DNA of 64,000 nt, from contig OX597823.1 of assembly GCA_951406725.2 (NCBI GenBank), positions 108,624,001 to 108,688,000 of the forward strand, read 5' to 3'. This document shows positions 47,991 to 62,297 of the stretch, piece by piece. The translations under genes and the position numbers were made by a program. A model generated the notes under the pieces. That model saw only the letters and a program-made list of their open reading frames with translations, made no database searches and was not told where the DNA came from. Every line of letters starts with the position of its first letter. The stretch's first letter is position 1. Source of the stretch: Octopus vulgaris. Its lineage: Eukaryota.

Positions 47991-50566
47991 TACGTTGGTG
48001 TGTTGTGGAATGCTGGAGCATGTATCGACATTGTGAGGGTGATGGAGTATTTTGGTGTATTGTGGGATGATGGAATATTTTAGAGTACTGTGAGATGACC
48101 CCATATCTACGGTGTTCACTGCTGGAATAAGGAGTGGTTGGAGATCACGCGGTCATTAGCCTCAAATTGCCAGGTCTGGTCGGCGTTTGTGAGAGATGCA
48201 GCATTGAGGATGAATGAAGCCAGCTCAACCCACCCTGGGTGAATGTTATCCCAAGTCAAGTCAAGAGATGATGTTATATGTTTTTGATAGAATTGATGAG
48301 TGTATCAGCTCACTGCACACTGTTTTAATATATAAATTCTTGTCACCATAACACTTTACTTACAGGCTGAATAGATATGTGGTAGTTGGCATATAAAGTA
48401 ACAGAATCCTGATAATGAGGTTGAGAAATGTGTAGAGCAAGTTGAAAGGTAGACTGATTTGTTTAGTTTCACATTTTTGTATCAGAATATATGAAATCAT
48501 AGCACTGTTACTTGCATGTTTCCAATGGGCCAACTATTTGTTCACTCTATTTCTGATGGCATGAATCACAAGAGAGTGTCTGTAACTAGCTACAGAGCAT
48601 GCATTACAAAGGACATTTTCATTTTTCTCACCAATGTGTTCTTCCTTTATGTAAACACAGCTAACTTCCAGAAGGTTTCCATCTACTACATTCCAGAAAC
48701 AAGTTATTGGTCAGTCTAAGACCTTTGCCCAAGATGGCATAACATGTGATCAAACCCTGTTGCATGTGGCTACATATCTGGAGAATGGTCATGAATCCTA
48801 CAATACCAGGATATTCCTGATGTTGCCAATGACATTTCCTATTGTTTCTTAAGAATGCCTCTGGTTTTTAATAAAGTAAATATTTTTCTGAAAGACCTTT
48901 TTATTTCAAGATTACAATGGTGAAGTAGGAAAATGAGAGGAGAAAAAATGGAAAATAAGGAATATAAAAACAGCAGAAAAAGTAGAAAAGAAGGAAAGGA
49001 TATAGGATTTAAAAAGAAATATCTGAAAGGTAAAAGTATAAAGAAATTATGTAAATATAGAATGAATATAGAAAATGGGGGAATACAGTCCAAGAAAGAA
49101 AAACAGAAAGAATAGGTGATTCACAGAACAAAAAATGATGGAATAGAAGAATGGAAAAATAAAAGAGAATGAAATAATAAATGTGAAGAATAAAACTAAA
49201 ATATTGATATAATTTTAAAAGTGACTATAAAAGAGAAAGAAAATGTGTATGAAAGACTAAGAGAATTGAAGATTAAAAATGAAGAAAATAAAGGAAAGGA
49301 AAAGGGGAATGAAACTGAGATAGATATAAAAAAATAAATGAAAGATAAAATAAAATAGAAATAACGAGAAAAAGCAAACTAGAAAGAAAAATACAAAGAA
49401 AAGCTTAATGAAACAAAAAAATATGTAAAGAAAAATGTTTGAATATTTTGGATATGGAAAGAAAGAATGAATAACAATGGAAACAATTAAAGACATAAGA
49501 ATATTATATACAATGAAACTTGTGGTGAAAGAGAAGGTAGGGAACAAGATGAATGAAACAAGGATAGGAAGAATCAACAGATGAAAATAAGAAACAAAAA
49601 ATGAAAAAAATAAAAGACAAAATGAAAGACAAAAAATAGAGGAAAATATTTTTTTGTATGGTAAATAAATGTAGAAAGAAAATGTTAAAATATAAAATGA
49701 AATGATAAATGACTGAGAAAAGAGAAATGAACAAATATATACAGAAATAAAGGAAGAATAAAAAAGAAAGAAAAAAGAAAAGAGAAAGACATGATTAGGT
49801 TTAGTATGTTGCTGAAGATTTCATCTTTGGATTTTTGACAATAATGTCAGATAATTAATTTCCAGGACTTTGTTTAAAAGTAGTTAAGTGATGTACAAGA
49901 AAATGAAATAAAATAAAAAAAAAGAGACAGAACAGAATTTCATTATTTATTTATGTATTTATTTATTTATTTATTTATTTATTTATTTTGCTTCAGATGT
50001 GACAAAAACATTTGCAAGGAAAACGGTTTTAATGGTCAAACAAAAAACTTTGTAAAAATAAAAGTCTGTGAGAGATCTTTTATATAGCCACTGGATATAT
50101 TAGAAATAGCAACTAAATCTGAAAAAAAATCACACTTTACTATCATGAAAAACAAACAAAAAATAAAAAAGGATGCATTTGATAAAATACTCCTAGATAG
50201 GCTATGACTGACAAAAATATAAGATAATCATGACTGGAATGTCTTCTTCCAAAAGAAGAGAGGATCGGTACTGACTTGAAGGTTAAACAAAATTACCCCT
50301 GAAATCCCCATTGCCCCCAATATCCCCATTGCCCCCAATATCCCCTTACACTCATGAATCAAGTGTGTTATGAAAGAAATGAGATTCTCCAATGCTGAAA
50401 TACAACAGCAATTAGCTTATTCACACTTGAATCTGTTGAAATGTATTAGCAATAATATGTAAGCATTATTTTGATTCTAGATATTCTCCATGCATATAAT
50501 GATTTATTATTGGTTGGCAGATATCAGCATGCAACAGCAAATAATCTGTCTGCTGAAGTTATAACC

Positions 50567-51140
50567 TATTTCTTTACTACCCACAAGGGGCTAAACACAG
50601 AGAGGACAAACAAGGACAGACAAACGGATTAAGTCGATTACATCGACCACAGCGCGTAACTGGTACTTCATCTATCGACCCTGAAAGGATGAAAGGCAAA
50701 GTCGACCTCGGTGGAATTTGAACTCAGAACGTAACGGCAGACGAAATATCTATTTCTTTACTACCCACAAGGGGCTAAATGCAGAGAGGACAAACAAGGA
50801 CAGACAAATGGAATAAGTCGATTACATCGACCCCAGCGCGTAACTGGTACTTAATTTATCGATCCCGAAAGGATGAAAGGCAAAGTCGACCTTGGCGGAA
50901 TTTGAACTCAGAAATATCTATTTCCTTACTACCTACAAGAGGAGAGAACAAACAAGGACGGACAAATGGATTAAGTCGATTATATCGCCCCCAGTGTGTA
51001 ACTGGTACTTAATTTATCGACCCCAAAAGGATGAAAGGCAAAGTCGACCTCGGCGGAATTTGTACTCAGAATGTAACAGCAGACGAAATACGGCTACGCA
51101 TTTCGCCCAGCGTGCTAACGTTTCTGCCAGCTCACCGCCT
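50567..51140 (-). mobile_element. Trimeric SINE family C insertion
   Basis: One headed unit plus two 5'-truncated units, enclosed by one 16 bp TSD tgc(t/c)gaagttataacc (50551-50566 and 51143-51158). Confidence 0.9.
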
Positions 51141-51444
51141 TATGCCGAAGTTATAACCATGAGACACAAGCTTCTGCTAGGTTCATTATTTTAGGATAGT
51201 TTTGGCTGAGGAGAAATAATGACATCAGGACATTGGGTGTCCAAAAGTACCCTCATGTTTAATGAATGGAGTGTGTTAGGGACATACACTCGTCTGAAGG
51301 TAGAAGTTCTTCTCCAATGGTGAAATATTTCAGTGATTAGCATATTCAAGTTCAAATCTGACAGAACACTTTCAGAATGTGTATACAAGTCATTGGTGTC
51401 ATGATTGAGAAACAAATAGATAGATCCATAGCCATGCATGTGTG

Positions 51445-51447
<3 letters not shown>

Positions 51448-51512
<65 letters not shown>
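51448..51512. repeat. (GA)n microsatellite
   Basis: Read directly. Confidence 0.95.
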
Positions 51513-51514
<2 letters not shown>

Positions 51515-52024
51515 AGCTGGCCTTAGTGGGAGGAAAGTTGAAATATATCAGAAGTCGAAGTGAAGTCATTTTGGCTGGAAGCTTGAAACAGAAATGAAGT
51601 TGTGTGTGTGATCAGATGGCGAAGGGAATTAGGTAGGGGTGAGTATCTGGAGCTTCTGGGAAATTCTAGGGAGTAGGAGGGGCAGAGATGCGAAGTTTCT
51701 ACATCAAAAGAAAGTAATAAAACTGAAACAGAGAAACAAAATAAAGAAAATAATAAATGATGACAAAAGAATATGTGCGTTTTACTTACACATACATATG
51801 CACGCATACACACACATACACACACACATATACATATATATGTAAAGAGAGTGATAAATGCATACATACATACAAACATACACACATAAATATATGTTAT
51901 ATGTATGTGTATCTATTTATCTATCTATGTTTATATGTGTATATGTATGGGTGTGCACCTGTGTGTGTGTGTGTATGTGTGTTTATATGTGTATATGTAT
52001 GGGTGTGCACATGTGTGTGTGTGT

Positions 52025-52071
<47 letters not shown>

Positions 52072-52933
52072 TGTATGCGTGTGTGTGTGTGTGTGTGTGT
52101 GTGAAAGGATAAGAAGGATATCAATTGTGAAAAAAAGCCTATATAACAAAAGCACATGCAAACTCCAGAACAAAATTTAAAACCATTGTATACTGACAGT
52201 GATAATGGTGGTGGTGGTGGTGGTGGTGGTGGCGGTGGTGGCGGTGGTGGTGGTGGTGGTGTTAGTGCTGGAGGCATCAAGGTGCCACACTACCACCCTC
52301 ATCACCACTACCAACCAACCAACCAACAACAACAACACCACCACTACTGTAGCAATGGTGTCAGCATAAAAACACTGAACCACCACCGCCACCACCAAAA
52401 CGAGGTCAATAAGTACAGTGTTGTTTATTTTTATTTTCTTTTTATTTTATTTTATTTTATTGCTCCTCAGTTTTATTTATTTATTTATTTATTGCTTTAA
52501 ACTAATAAGTCAGCTGAGAATCCTCTAATTTCATTTACATTTTGTTGATCTTTTCTTTTTTATCTACACCCCTCTTCCAATATGTCTTTTGTTTTTTTCA
52601 AAGTGTGGAGATAGTAAGGGAGTGGGGACATGGGTCCCACTTATTGCCTTTATTTCTTTCACCATTTTTTTCTGTCCCCTTATTTTTCAAAGATTCATTT
52701 ATTGTTGTTTTTTCAAACATATATTTTCTACATTCTTTGTCACTGAGATATTTATAGTTTTAAATGTTTAATGAAGTTTGCTAATAAATAAAATAAACAA
52801 AATAAAAAATTAAGTACCCATATATTTATATCACATACATAAGTGTGTGTGTGTATATATGTATATATCTGTGTATTTATCTGCACACATACATATATAT
52901 GTGCATACTTACACATAAAACATAGAGGATTTA

Positions 52934-52992
<59 letters not shown>

Positions 52993-53550
52993 GTATGTAT
53001 GTGTATGTATTATATGTTTATTCATGGATGCACATACACAAGTATATGTTTTGGTGTATGTCATAGAAGCATACCCCACCTACATATGCACATGAATTCA
53101 TCTGTAAACTCACATACACAATGTAGACACACAGGAATATGACAAACTCTAATAATCAAGAAGAGTATATTCATAAAAAAAAAATAATAATAATAATTGC
53201 CTCCTGCCTCTGAACAGTTTTTAGTAAGATAAATTCATAAATAAAAGATAAGAAAATAAATATTTTACATATGATGGGTTGTTGGGTGAAAAATTGGTAC
53301 TTTTTAAGGTCACGTGTTGGTTAAAATTTGCTGAAAGACATTCTTTTCTCTGGAGAGAAATATATGAAAGAATCACAAGAAGAGGCATTAAATAATTGAG
53401 ATGACATTCATATGAATTTGGTACCACAACATATAGTTGTACTTACATGTCCTCTTTGTGTGAAGTGAGTGCATGTGGGTGTGTATGTTCAGTATATGTA
53501 TGCATGCATGTGTATGTATGCGAGTGTGTGTTTGTAAGTTTTTGTTTATA

Positions 53551-53776
53551 TGAGGGGGTGCTGAAAAGTTCCTGGCTTGAAGAGTATCGGGGGTGGGGGG
53601 AAGGCCTGGTTGGTGGCCTAACCTTCTGAGTTCTTTTCTAAAGCTTAGAAAAACTGAAGGACCACTGCAATATGCCTGAGAATCTGAAAGGGGAATATAT
53701 TGAATAAAATCATAGTTAACTGATCCTCCTATATTTTCTTTTCTCCCAAAACCAGAAACTTTTCAGCTCCTGCTTG
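53551..53776 (+). mobile_element. Mariner-derived MITE
   Basis: TIRs tgagggggtgctgaaaagttcctgg / ccagaaactttttcagctcctgcttg, TA flanks. Retains the transposase tail LEKLKDHCN..NLKGEYIE*. Confidence 0.75.
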
Positions 53777-53941
53777 TAAATGAAGGAACGAGTGTTCCAT
53801 ATAAGATGTAAAGTTGAGTTTTTGTGTATTAAGGGTCAGTTCTGGTTATTCACTCCAATTTCTAAATGGTGGTTCACATCAAATATGTTCAATTGAGTAA
53901 TACTGTCTATTTGAATACAAGAGGTAAACATTTGAGCAATG

Positions 53942-53982
<41 letters not shown>

Positions 53983-54914
53983 TTATACACACACCTCCAC
54001 ACACATGCATATGTACATATATCTATCTTTCTATATCTATATCTATGTATGTCTGTCTTTCTGTCTGTCTGTATGTATGTATGTATGGATGTATGGATGT
54101 ATGGATGTATGTATGTATGTATGGATGTAGGTATGTATGCATGCATTATCTATGTATGTATGCATGTAAGTGTACAGAAGCAAGTATATATGTATGCATG
54201 TATATGCATGTGTGTGCGTTTGTGTGTGTGTGTGTTTGTACAAAATACTATTTTAACTGTTACTATTTTAGCTGTTACAAAATACTATTTTAGCTGTTAT
54301 AAGTGTACTGGTCCGTCACAGACACTCACACACAAACAAACACACACACACACACACACATACACACACATATACACATGTACAAATATAGATACACACG
54401 AGTATATTTATAGCTAAAATGATGTTAAACCAATTATGAAGATGCTGCCGTTCCATATACCAAGGAATACATACCACCGCACATACTCATCCACGCATCT
54501 GCATCCACTTCTACACTCAAACACACAAACACATACTCACACATAGACACATACACATTGCCATTATACTGAACATACTTACATTATTAAACAGTAAGCA
54601 CTAAATGAAGGTCTTCGGGTCATTCAGTTCATCAGTCACGGATCAATCAGCTGTTACTCTTTTCATCATTGAGATCCAACACAGTCCAATCTACACTTTT
54701 AAAAACAATGAAATCCTTCTCTTTTTCTTTTTTTTTTCTTTTTTTTATCCTACACCAGCTCTATGCCCTACAGAACAGAAGCAATTGCCTGTGCGAGGGA
54801 GACAATCACAAAATGTCTAATTGAATTCCCATGTTACTTCTAAACTACGCAATTATATATTCATACTTCTTTTTCTTTTTCACACTGGGAGCCACGCAGT
54901 CTCAGATTTCTAAT

Positions 54915-55200
54915 CAAATAATACAGATCTACACGAGCAGTGTTCAATACTTGGTTCCTTACCATTTCCCAAACCATCCAGATCCTCACGAGCAGTGTCC
55001 AATATTTGCTGCCTTACCATTTTCAATTCATGTAGATCCACATGAACAATGTTCACTACCGTTCTTTTGTTTTTGTTTTTTGTTTTCATTTTCAAATCAC
55101 ATGTACAGATATGAGCAATGTTCTATAATGGGCTTCCTTTACCATTTTCAAATCTTATTGATCCTTATGAGCAGTTCTGAATACTTGGTTCCTGGGCATT
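54915..55200. repeat. Degenerate ~54 bp tandem repeat, about 5 copies
   Basis: agatc..acgagcagtgt.caata.ttg...ccttaccattt units starting at 54925, 54980 and 55034. Confidence 0.7.
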
Positions 55201-55466
55201 TTTATAACTTTTTAGTCAAGAAAGAAAAGCAGCACCCCAAAATTGTTCAGAGTGTCCAAGATTAGTTAGGGGAGGAGAGAAATAGGTAAAGCTTGTCCTC
55301 CAAGTTCCTTTTGCAGGACAAAAATCACAGTATTATGGCATCCTTACAGTATATCTACATTAAGTAGGATGTATAGATTGCTATTTAGAGCTAATACTGC
55401 TTCTGTCACTGATAACTAATATGTGTATGTATACGTATGTCTGTACATATATATATATATATATAT

Positions 55467-55875
55467 CATCATCATCATCATCATTGTTTAGCGTCCGCTT
55501 TCCATGCTAGCATGGGTTGGACAGTTCAACTGGGGTCTGGGAAACCAGAAGGCTGCACCAGGCCCAGTCTGATCTGGCGATGTTTCTATGGCTGGATGCC
55601 CTTCCTAACGCCAACCACTCCGTGAGTGTAGTGGGTGCTTTTTACGTGCCACCGGCACAGTTGCCACACGAGGCTGGCAAACGGCCACGATCGGATGGTG
55701 CTTTTTATGTGCCACTGGCACGGGGGCCAGGCGGGGCTGGCAACAGCCACGAACGGATGATGCTTTTTACATGCCACCGGCACGAAGCTAGTTGGGGCGG
55801 TGCTGGCAACGGCCACGTTCGGATGTTTCTCTTACGTGCCACCAGCACTGGTATCATAGCTGCAATTTCCATTGA
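55467..55875 (-). mobile_element. RTE LINE 3' UTR with expanded internal repeat
   Basis: Matches 19424-19745 but has extra gtgccaccggcac...ggcaacggccacg units. Confidence 0.88.
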
Positions 55876-55896
55876 GCTGCAATGTGTGTGTGTGTG

Positions 55897-56203
55897 TGGA
55901 GGCGCAATGGCCCAGTGGTTAGGGCAGCGGACTCGTGGTTGTAGGATCCCAGTTTCGATTCCCAGACCGGGTGTTGTGAGTGTTTATTGAGCGAAAACAC
56001 CTAGAGCTCCATGAGGCTCCAGCAGGGGGTGGTGGCAATCCCTGCTGTACTCTTTCGCTACAACTTTCACTCTTTCTTCTGTTGGCCTGCTCGCTTAGCC
56101 AGTGGGGTGGCATCATTTGAAGGCTAAAACAATGCGAAGTGCATTGTGACCAGCGTTGTGTAACAACATCTGATAGCCTGGTTGGTCATGGGGATCACTG
56201 TGA
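55897..56203 (+). mobile_element. tRNA-derived SINE family D (tail type 2)
   Basis: First ~190 bp match the 32454 copy, then an unrelated 3' tail follows. Confidence 0.85.
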
Positions 56204-56875
56204 TATATATATATATTGAAATTTGTAACATACAAGTCAATCTTAAGATTCTTATGTCAAAAGATTTTATTAAACCTACACCAACAATAAAGATCAACCC
56301 ACAGACATGATATGGTCTCTTGGGGTTGGTGTTTGCGGTGTTATTGCTGATTGCCCTAGCAATGTCTTAGTTGATGCCTAAAATATCCATAATGTATGTT
56401 GTAGTAAAACACAGTGTATAAATTGTTTGTGAATAATATGACCTGCGTGTGAAAATAATTATAGAGTGATGAATGGTATTAATTGCATGGAAGTGAATTT
56501 GTAAGAGATGATAGAAGGTAGTTTGCTAATGCAAAGAATAAAGATTGTGAAAGACATAACTGAATGAATTTCTTAATTGACCTGCGGGTAACTGAATTAC
56601 TTAGCTCTAGAGAACACCTGAGTACAAGCTTTATATTCTATAAACATCTTTAAACTGCATCTGTCTGTGAGCATTTACAATGAGCTCTGTGAATTTTATG
56701 TACACTGTAAGCATTTGCAGCTACAAAATGCAATTATGTCTATCTTGTCAATATCTATTGATGAAATTTAAATAATCATTATTTACAGATTATGTTCTCA
56801 CAGTCAACATCTCCAGTCTAAAGCAATATTGTCAACATCTCCATACCACATCTTTATGGTCAATATCTACATATA

Positions 56876-58144
56876 CAGGGTGTGGTGAATATATTGTCAT
56901 CTAAATTAAGCAAAAATGAAAATAACACTGATGTCTCATTTTAACAGATATATTTACCAAAATTACATAAACATATAGGCGCAGGAGTGGCTGTGTGGTA
57001 AGTAGCTTGCCTACCAGCCACATTGTTCTGGGTTCAGTCCCACTGCGTGGCATCTTGGGCAAGTGTCTTCTGCTATAGCCTCAGGCCGACCAATGCCTTG
57101 TGAGTGGATTTGGTAGACAGAAACTGAAAGAAGCCTGTCGTATATATGTATATATATGTTTGTATGTGTATGTATATGTTTGTGTGACTGTGTTTGTCCC
57201 TCTAGCATTGCTTGACAACCGATGCTGGTGTGTTTACGTCCCCGTCACTTAGCGGTTCGGCAAAAAAGACCGATAGAATAAGTACTGGGCTTACAAAGAA
57301 TAAGTCCCGGGGTCGATTTGCTCGACTAAAGGTGGTGCTCCAGCATGGCCACAGTCAAATGACTGAAACAAGTAAAAGAGTAAGAAAGAGTATATCTTGA
57401 AATAGTAAAGAGTAAATTTATTCAATAAAATCGCCATTGGCTTCAACCATGGCCTCAAGACGACTTTGGAATCTCATGCAACTCTTCAGGATGGTCTCCT
57501 TGTTTAATTTGGTGAATGCTGCCATAATCCTTGCCTTCAGTTCATCTTTGGTGTTACAAGGAGTTTTGTTGGTCTCTAGCTCAACTGCACCCCACACATA
57601 ATAATCAAGGGGGTTGCAGTCTTGTGAGTTAGGTGGCCAGATGCTAGGAGTGATGTGGTTACAGAAATTTCCTGACAGCTATAACTGGGTTCTCCTGCTT
57701 GTGTGGAATGGTACAGAGTCCTGTTGCCAGATATAGGGTCTTCCAGCAGCCACCCTCTTGTCCCAGGACAGTACTACCTCCTCCAGGCACTTGATCTAGG
57801 CCTCCATGTTAAGTTTGAGGCCATGTGGGAAGACGAATGGAGGCATAACGTCGCCATCACTAGTAATCACTCCAAACACCATGATGGTCACTGGATGTTT
57901 GATTTTATCACTCTTGGTACATGTCCTCAGATTGACACCCAAACACTCTGAAATGTTCATATTGGAGCTTCTGGTGTGAATGCCAAGCAGTACAACATGT
58001 TGTTTCCAAATTGCATCATGGTGCTGTTTTTCTCACAGACAGTGCCCAACTGACCCTACTATACTGTGTAGTCAACAAAATCAAAAACAAACAATGTGCG
58101 AAATTAAAAATATAAAATGGTGACAATTTACCCATCGCACCTTG
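56876..58144 (-). mobile_element. DD37D (maT-like) Tc1/mariner transposon, non-autonomous, both TIRs present
   Basis: Imperfect TIRs cagggtgtggtgaatatattgtcatc / ggtgacaatttacccatcgcaccttg with TA flanks. WQQD-(37 aa including WPPNSQDCNPL)-DYYVWG...RLEAMVEANGDFIE*. Confidence 0.85.
56978..57392 (+). mobile_element. SINE family A nested in the maT element
   Basis: Full-length copy interrupting sequence that is contiguous in the 11002 copy. Confidence 0.92.
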
Positions 58145-58399
58145 TATATACAGTATCAACATTGTCATCAGTTACACTATCTACATTGGTAACATCTACA
58201 AATTGCATGACATTTTCAACATCTACAGACTGTACATATGTTGTCAGCATTTGCCCATTGTATCTATATCAAAATCACCAAATTGTTTACACCATAATGT
58301 ATCTTAATTGTCAATATCTTCATATTGTATCTACTTGCCATACATTGTATCTTAAATTGTCAATATCTTACATACATTGTATCTAAATTTGTTTAAATT

Positions 58400-58990
58400 G
58401 CTATCTCCATTGTATCTACATTGTATCTAAATTGTCAGTATCTCTACATTGTGTCTACATTGTCAACATCTATAGACTTTGTTTAAATTGTCAATATCTC
58501 TACATTGTATCTACATTGTCAACATCTATAGACCGTGTTTAAATTGTCAATATCTCTACATTGTCAACATCTCTAGACTGTGTTTAAATTGTCAATATCT
58601 CTACACTGTGTCTACATTGTCAACGTCTATAGACTGTATTTAAATTGTCAATATCTCTACACTGTGTCTACATTGTCAATGTCTATAGACTGTGTTTAAA
58701 TTGTCAATATATCTACACTGTGTCTACATTGTCAACGTCTATAGACTGTATTTAAATTGTCAATATCTCTACACTGTGTCTGCATTGTCAACATCTATAG
58801 ACCGTGTTTAAATTGTCAGCATCTCTACACTGTGTCTACATTGTCAACATCTATAGACTGAATTTAAATTGTCAATATCTCTACACTGTGTCTACATTGT
58901 CAACGTCTATAGACTGTATTTAAATTGTCAATATATCTACACCGTGTCTACATTGTCAACGTCTATAGACTGTATTTAAATTGTCAGTTG
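58400..58990. repeat. 56 bp (2 x 28 bp) minisatellite, about 10 units, with degenerate flanks
   Basis: Unit starts at 58454, 58510, 58555, 58611, 58667, 58723, 58779, 58835, 58891 and 58947. Confidence 0.92.
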
Positions 58991-60783
58991 TCATTACATT
59001 GTCAGTATCTCCACTGTCATTACATTGTCAACATCTCTACATTGTGGTTACATTGTCAACTATCTCTATACTGTATCTACCTAATCAACATTCACAGACT
59101 GTCTTTATTGTCATTATCTTCACACTGTATCTGCACTGTCAACACCCTCATCCTGTGTTTAAACTGCATTTCCACACTGTATCTAATCCACCAACACCTC
59201 TAAATTCTATCTATAATAATTCCTATCTTCGTATTGTGTCTCTGTCTACATTGTCAACACCTCATTGCATCTAAATTGTCAATATTTCCAACCTGTGTCT
59301 ACATTGTCAACGTCTGTCCACTATGTCCCTATTAACAAAATATCCTTTCTTTGTAAATTGTCAAAAATGCCAACAATTTACCTTAAATTGTCATTGTTCC
59401 ACACTGCATCTACATAGTCAACCGCTGTTGACAGTATATAATCAGGCATCATCTTCTACAGGTGGTGTAAATCCAGTCAACACCAACAGGCTGTCACCGT
59501 CGATTCAATATTTACATACTGTGTTATCCAATTACCAGCCAGAGGCCACATATATTCTAATAAATTCTACATCTGAAGGCAGTATTTATCCAGTCAACAA
59601 GTCAGACATTGTCTCTAATCTTGATAAACTGTCTCAATTTATTGTTTAAGCAAACATTTACATGAAATTTATGGATTCCTGCTAACCTAAAAGCACCAAG
59701 TGAAATATTCATATTAATACAAAGATATGAAAATTACACATGGGAGGGAAGCAAAAAAACTGAAAATAAAATTTTCAAAAAAGTTTGAAACATCAATAAT
59801 AATAATAATAACAATAAGACACTTAAAAATGAATAAATATAGAATGAGTATTTATTGTCATATTTAGTTTTACTTTTGTTTTTTTTTTTTTAAGAAAAAA
59901 TAATAAATATAGATTTTTTTCCTGCCATGTCATGAAGGAATATCAAATTTGTCAATGAAATATGCTAAATGCTATCACCAACGATCTGCATATTTCAGCA
60001 ACTCTGGAATACAAAGAAAATACAAAATAAACATAGAACCGCAAAACCCAAAGCTGGAAATAAAACAAAGCAAATAATAATACAAATAATGATAATAGCT
60101 AAAAAAAAATAAAATATCATACAGGCTAAAATTGAAGTAAAATAAATCCTCACAATAAAATATGTGCCTATAAAAATATAAAATATTTTTTAAATCCGCT
60201 TTTTCACATATAACATTACCAATATTTCTTAGCTTTGGAAATATTTTAATTTTTTTTATGTTTGTTTTGTAAATATTCATTTTTATATTTATTTCTTTAA
60301 AAAATATAGCACAGAAGAACGAAATCTAAAAACGGAATAAAAATAAAAATGGCAAATAAAGATGAAAAATGGAATAAATATAAATAAAAAGATTTAAAAA
60401 AAAAATAATAAAAACAAATTTAAAAAGATAAAATATAATTTTAAAAGAAAACAAATGAAAAAAAGATGAAAACAAAAAATATTTAAAAATCAATATGGCC
60501 TGCGTATTGTAATGTTTTTTAGATGTTATTGTTTGTATGTTTTACATGTGCAATAATCACATACGCTGAAATGAGTGGTGTCTAAGAGATAGGGCAGAAA
60601 GAGAAGTGAAATGCTTCTGACTGTACTCCTCCCTCTCCCTCCAACCTTCATCTACTTCCTGCGCCATATGCCATCTGGGATTATTTTAAACAAATCAACC
60701 AGGGGGATTTGAGTAGGTGGAGGGATATGCTTAAAACCACAAGGTACTGTCATCACATTTTGTCATCTTGCCTACTTATTCAC

Positions 60784-60784
60784 A

Positions 60785-60855
<71 letters not shown>

Positions 60856-60891
60856 CATTATTATTATTATTATTATTATCATCATTATCAA

Positions 60892-60942
<51 letters not shown>

Positions 60943-60962
60943 CATTATTATTATTATCATCA

Positions 60963-61032
<70 letters not shown>

Positions 61033-61091
61033 CATTATTATTATTATTATTATCATTATTATTATCATTATTATCATTATTATTATTATTA
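60784..61091. repeat. (TTA/TCA)n microsatellite
   Basis: Read directly. Confidence 0.95.
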
Positions 61092-61315
61092 TGGCAGTGA
61101 GCTAGCAGAATCATTAGTGTATTAGACAAAATGCTTTGTGGGATTTCTTCAAGCTCTTTATGTTCTTAGTTCAAATCTCACTGAGGTCAGCTTTGGCTTT
61201 CATCCTTTCAAGGTCAATAAAATAAAGTACCAGTCAAGTACTGAGGGCACTATTATCAAATATCCCCTCCCATTAAAATTACTAGCCTTGAGCCAAAATT
61301 CGGAACAATTATTAT
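61092..61315 (+). mobile_element. Diverged SINE family C
   Basis: ggcagtgagctagcagaatcattag...ctttcatcctttcaaggtcaataaaataaagtaccag. Confidence 0.7.
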
Positions 61316-61365
61316 TGTTGCTGTTGTAATTATTATTATTATTATTATTATTATTATTTATTATT

Positions 61366-62297
61366 CAGTAGTTTTATTTTTATAGCGTGCTTTCACTTCA
61401 CTACCGAGCGCAGCTCTGTGTGCCTTGGGTATGTGCTGTGATTTGTTGTGATGCTCTGATGGTTATTGTATGGAAAGTGTTCTGCGTAGGATGTGTGCAG
61501 TGCCTAGTAGTGCAATTTTCTGTATGTTATATGTGTTTGTAAGTCCTGGTGTTTTTGTTATGTATTTGTCTGAATATTTTTTTATCATGCCTAATGCACC
61601 TACTATGATAGGAATTGTTTCCGTTTTCAGGTTCCACATTCTAGTTACCTCTATTTCCAGGTCTTTGTATTTTGAGAGTTTCTCCATTTCTTTTAGAGAC
61701 ACGTTGTCATCTGCCGGTATTGATACATCAATTAGAAAGCATTTTTTTCTTCATGATCTCTGACAACTATATCTGGTATGTTGGCCTTAATTTCTCTATC
61801 TGTGTGTATCGGCATATCCCAGAGTATGGTTGCTTTCTCGTTTTCTGTGACCTTTTCTGGTGTGTGCCTATACCATCTTTTTTCTGTTGTTATTCCATAA
61901 TGTTGGCATAGCTTCCAATGTATGTAGGTTCCAACTCTGTCATGTCTGTGAATATATTCCTTCTTAGCCAGGACTGGGCAGCTAGAGATAATATGATTTA
62001 TGGTTTCTTGTCCATCTCCACATATTCTGCAGTTACTTGTAATATTTCTTTTCATTACATGTTTTTGGTAATTTCTGGTGGGGAGGCTTTGGTCTTGTGC
62101 TGCAACTAAAAATCCCTCTGTTTCTGCTTTGAGTCCTGAGCTTCTCAACCATTGCTGGGATTTTTCTTTGTCTATTTCTTTTGCGTTTAGTTTAGTGCAG
62201 TATTTACCATGAAGGGGCTTTTCTTGCCATCGTTTTATCATGGCTCGTTGCTGTTCTATTTTTAGTTTGGATTTCATTTGTTTTATAGCTTTTGTTG

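Noticed and set aside
48840-49790. Long purine-rich strand-biased tract with F/I/L-rich ORFs (similar bias at 28080-28650 and 36400-37600)
   Set aside because: This is low-complexity compositional skew with no periodicity or coding signal I could support.
52156-52500. Poly-Gly/His/Gln ORF resembling a transcription-factor low-complexity exon
   Set aside because: It is explained by (GGT)n and (CAC/CAA)n tracts, with no recognisable domain or strong splice sites.
58400-58990. Regularly spaced repeats resembling a CRISPR array
   Set aside because: The intervening segments are themselves repeated (no unique spacers), there are no cas genes, and the context is eukaryotic.
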